A stretch of 64,000 nucleotides of DNA. Source: an uncultured Planctomycetia bacterium (GTDB lineage: Bacteria > Omnitrophota > Gorgyraeia > JABMRG01). Below the pieces are notes generated by a model. That model made no database searches and was not told the DNA's origin. It saw only the letters and a program-made list of their open reading frames with translations. This document shows positions 63,340-64,000 of this stretch, piece by piece. The position numbers were made by a program, and so were the translations under genes. Every line of letters starts with the position of its first letter. Position 1 is the stretch's first letter. The stretch lies in NCBI GenBank assembly GCA_964634945.1, contig CAZWMG010000002.1, forward strand, positions 102,661 to 166,660, in the 5' to 3' direction.

Positions 63340-64000
63340 ATGAAACAAGATTATCCAGATCGCAGAAAATATATAAGGTTGAATTCATGTTTCCCAATTG
63401 AATTCAGCTTCTTTTTTTCCGCGAAAACAACACTCACAAAAGAATACCAGGGTTTTACGCGTGACATCTCTGAAGGTGGCTTATGCCTTGACGCGAAGAA
63501 CCTAAGCGATGAAGATTCCGTGCTTGTGTTGAAAAAATGGCCGAGTCTGAATCTTACTATTGATATACCTGTCTTGGGCCATCTGGTTAAGACAAGAGCA
63601 AAGGTTGTATGGGTTAAAAAAGATGATAGTGACACGGAAAAGAATAACTATTTTATAGGGGTCTCTTACCTGGATATAAATGCTAAGGATAAGAGGAAGA
63701 TTATAAATTACGCACGGCGCTTGAAATATTTACCACGTTTGGCTGTAGCGTTACTTGTTCTTATGTTTCTAGGAATAGCGGCCCTTTCTTTTTATCATAT
63801 ACAGTCAAAAAAAGAGAATAAGGTGCTGGTAAATCAGCTTGTTTCTGTATCAGAGGTTAAGTCTGATCTTGAAAAGCGCTTAAATGAGCTCAAGACCCGC
63901 AAGGATATGCTGGAGGCCAAGCTTGTTAAAAGCGCTGAAGGAGCTGTAGGTCTTAAGCAAAGAATAGCTGATATAGAAAAGAGATTGACTGATGAGAAGA
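63340..64000 (+). CDS. PilZ-domain (c-di-GMP-binding) protein, 5' part; continues past the window end. It has a C-terminal TM segment and a coiled coil.
   Basis: The ORF is open from ATG 63340 to the window edge. The PilZ signature RRKYIRL (RxxxR) ... DISEGGLCL (D.S.GG) has correct spacing. This is preferred over the overlapping minus-strand 94-aa ORF 63351..63635. Confidence 0.55.
   Translation, partial: MKQDYPDRRKYIRLNSCFPIEFSFFFSAKTTLTKEYQGFTRDISEGGLCLDAKNLSDEDSVLVLKKWPSLNLTIDIPVLGHLVKTRAKVVWVKKDDSDTEKNNYFIGVSYLDINAKDKRKIINYARRLKYLPRLAVALLVLMFLGIAALSFYHIQSKKENKVLVNQLVSVSEVKSDLEKRLNELKTRKDMLEAKLVKSAEGAVGLKQRIADIEKRLTDEK

Noticed and set aside
63351-63635. 94-aa minus-strand ORF
   Set aside because: The overlapping + strand frame carries a clear PilZ motif and a good start context, so the minus ORF is taken as a shadow.

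Overview
AT-rich bacterial window, with essentially all genes on the + strand. A single uninterrupted 42.9-kb ORF (3520..46422) dominates the window, encoding a 14,300-aa multi-domain envelope protein. From sequence motifs alone I can recognise several embedded modules in this giant protein. These are a possible N-terminal TraB/GumN/Tiki-like domain and a SecA-like DEAD-motor ATPase (both nucleotide-binding folds in SecA order). Next come a ~12-helix membrane domain, then two nucleotide-identical LysM domains. Further along are an OMP-like beta-rich segment, an 81-aa tandem repeat array, and YD-like beta repeats. Near the C-terminus sits a module with the hallmark motifs of eukaryotic GT48 beta-1,3-glucan synthases (FKS1/callose synthase) flanked by transmembrane bundles. 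The next gene (46584..52415) encodes a 1,943-aa fusion of nucleoside-diphosphate kinase, eukaryotic-type UDP-glucose pyrophosphorylase and phosphoglucomutase. That is a UDP-glucose supply line, the substrate of GT48. Further downstream is a sugar ABC importer (SBP plus two permeases, no ATPase in window). It is flanked by two paralogous clan GH-A glycosidases whose motifs look most like fungal GH72 beta-1,3-glucanosyltransferases. Two paralogous CBM-like secreted proteins also flank it. A PilZ (c-di-GMP receptor) gene starts at the window edge. Together this looks like a previously undescribed, eukaryote-like beta-1,3-glucan synthesis/remodelling system built around a giant gene. An RND efflux pump gene lies upstream. 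Several intergenic repeat families occur: a 34-nt palindromic element, CCATAACG-type repeats, and an 81-nt tandem duplication that recopies a stop codon. A K-x-SSSG linker motif is shared by the giant protein and the fusion enzyme. The six-frame minus-strand ORFs inside the large genes are antisense shadows. The region is consistent with lineages known for giant genes (e.g. Omnitrophota-like), but this cannot be verified from sequence alone.
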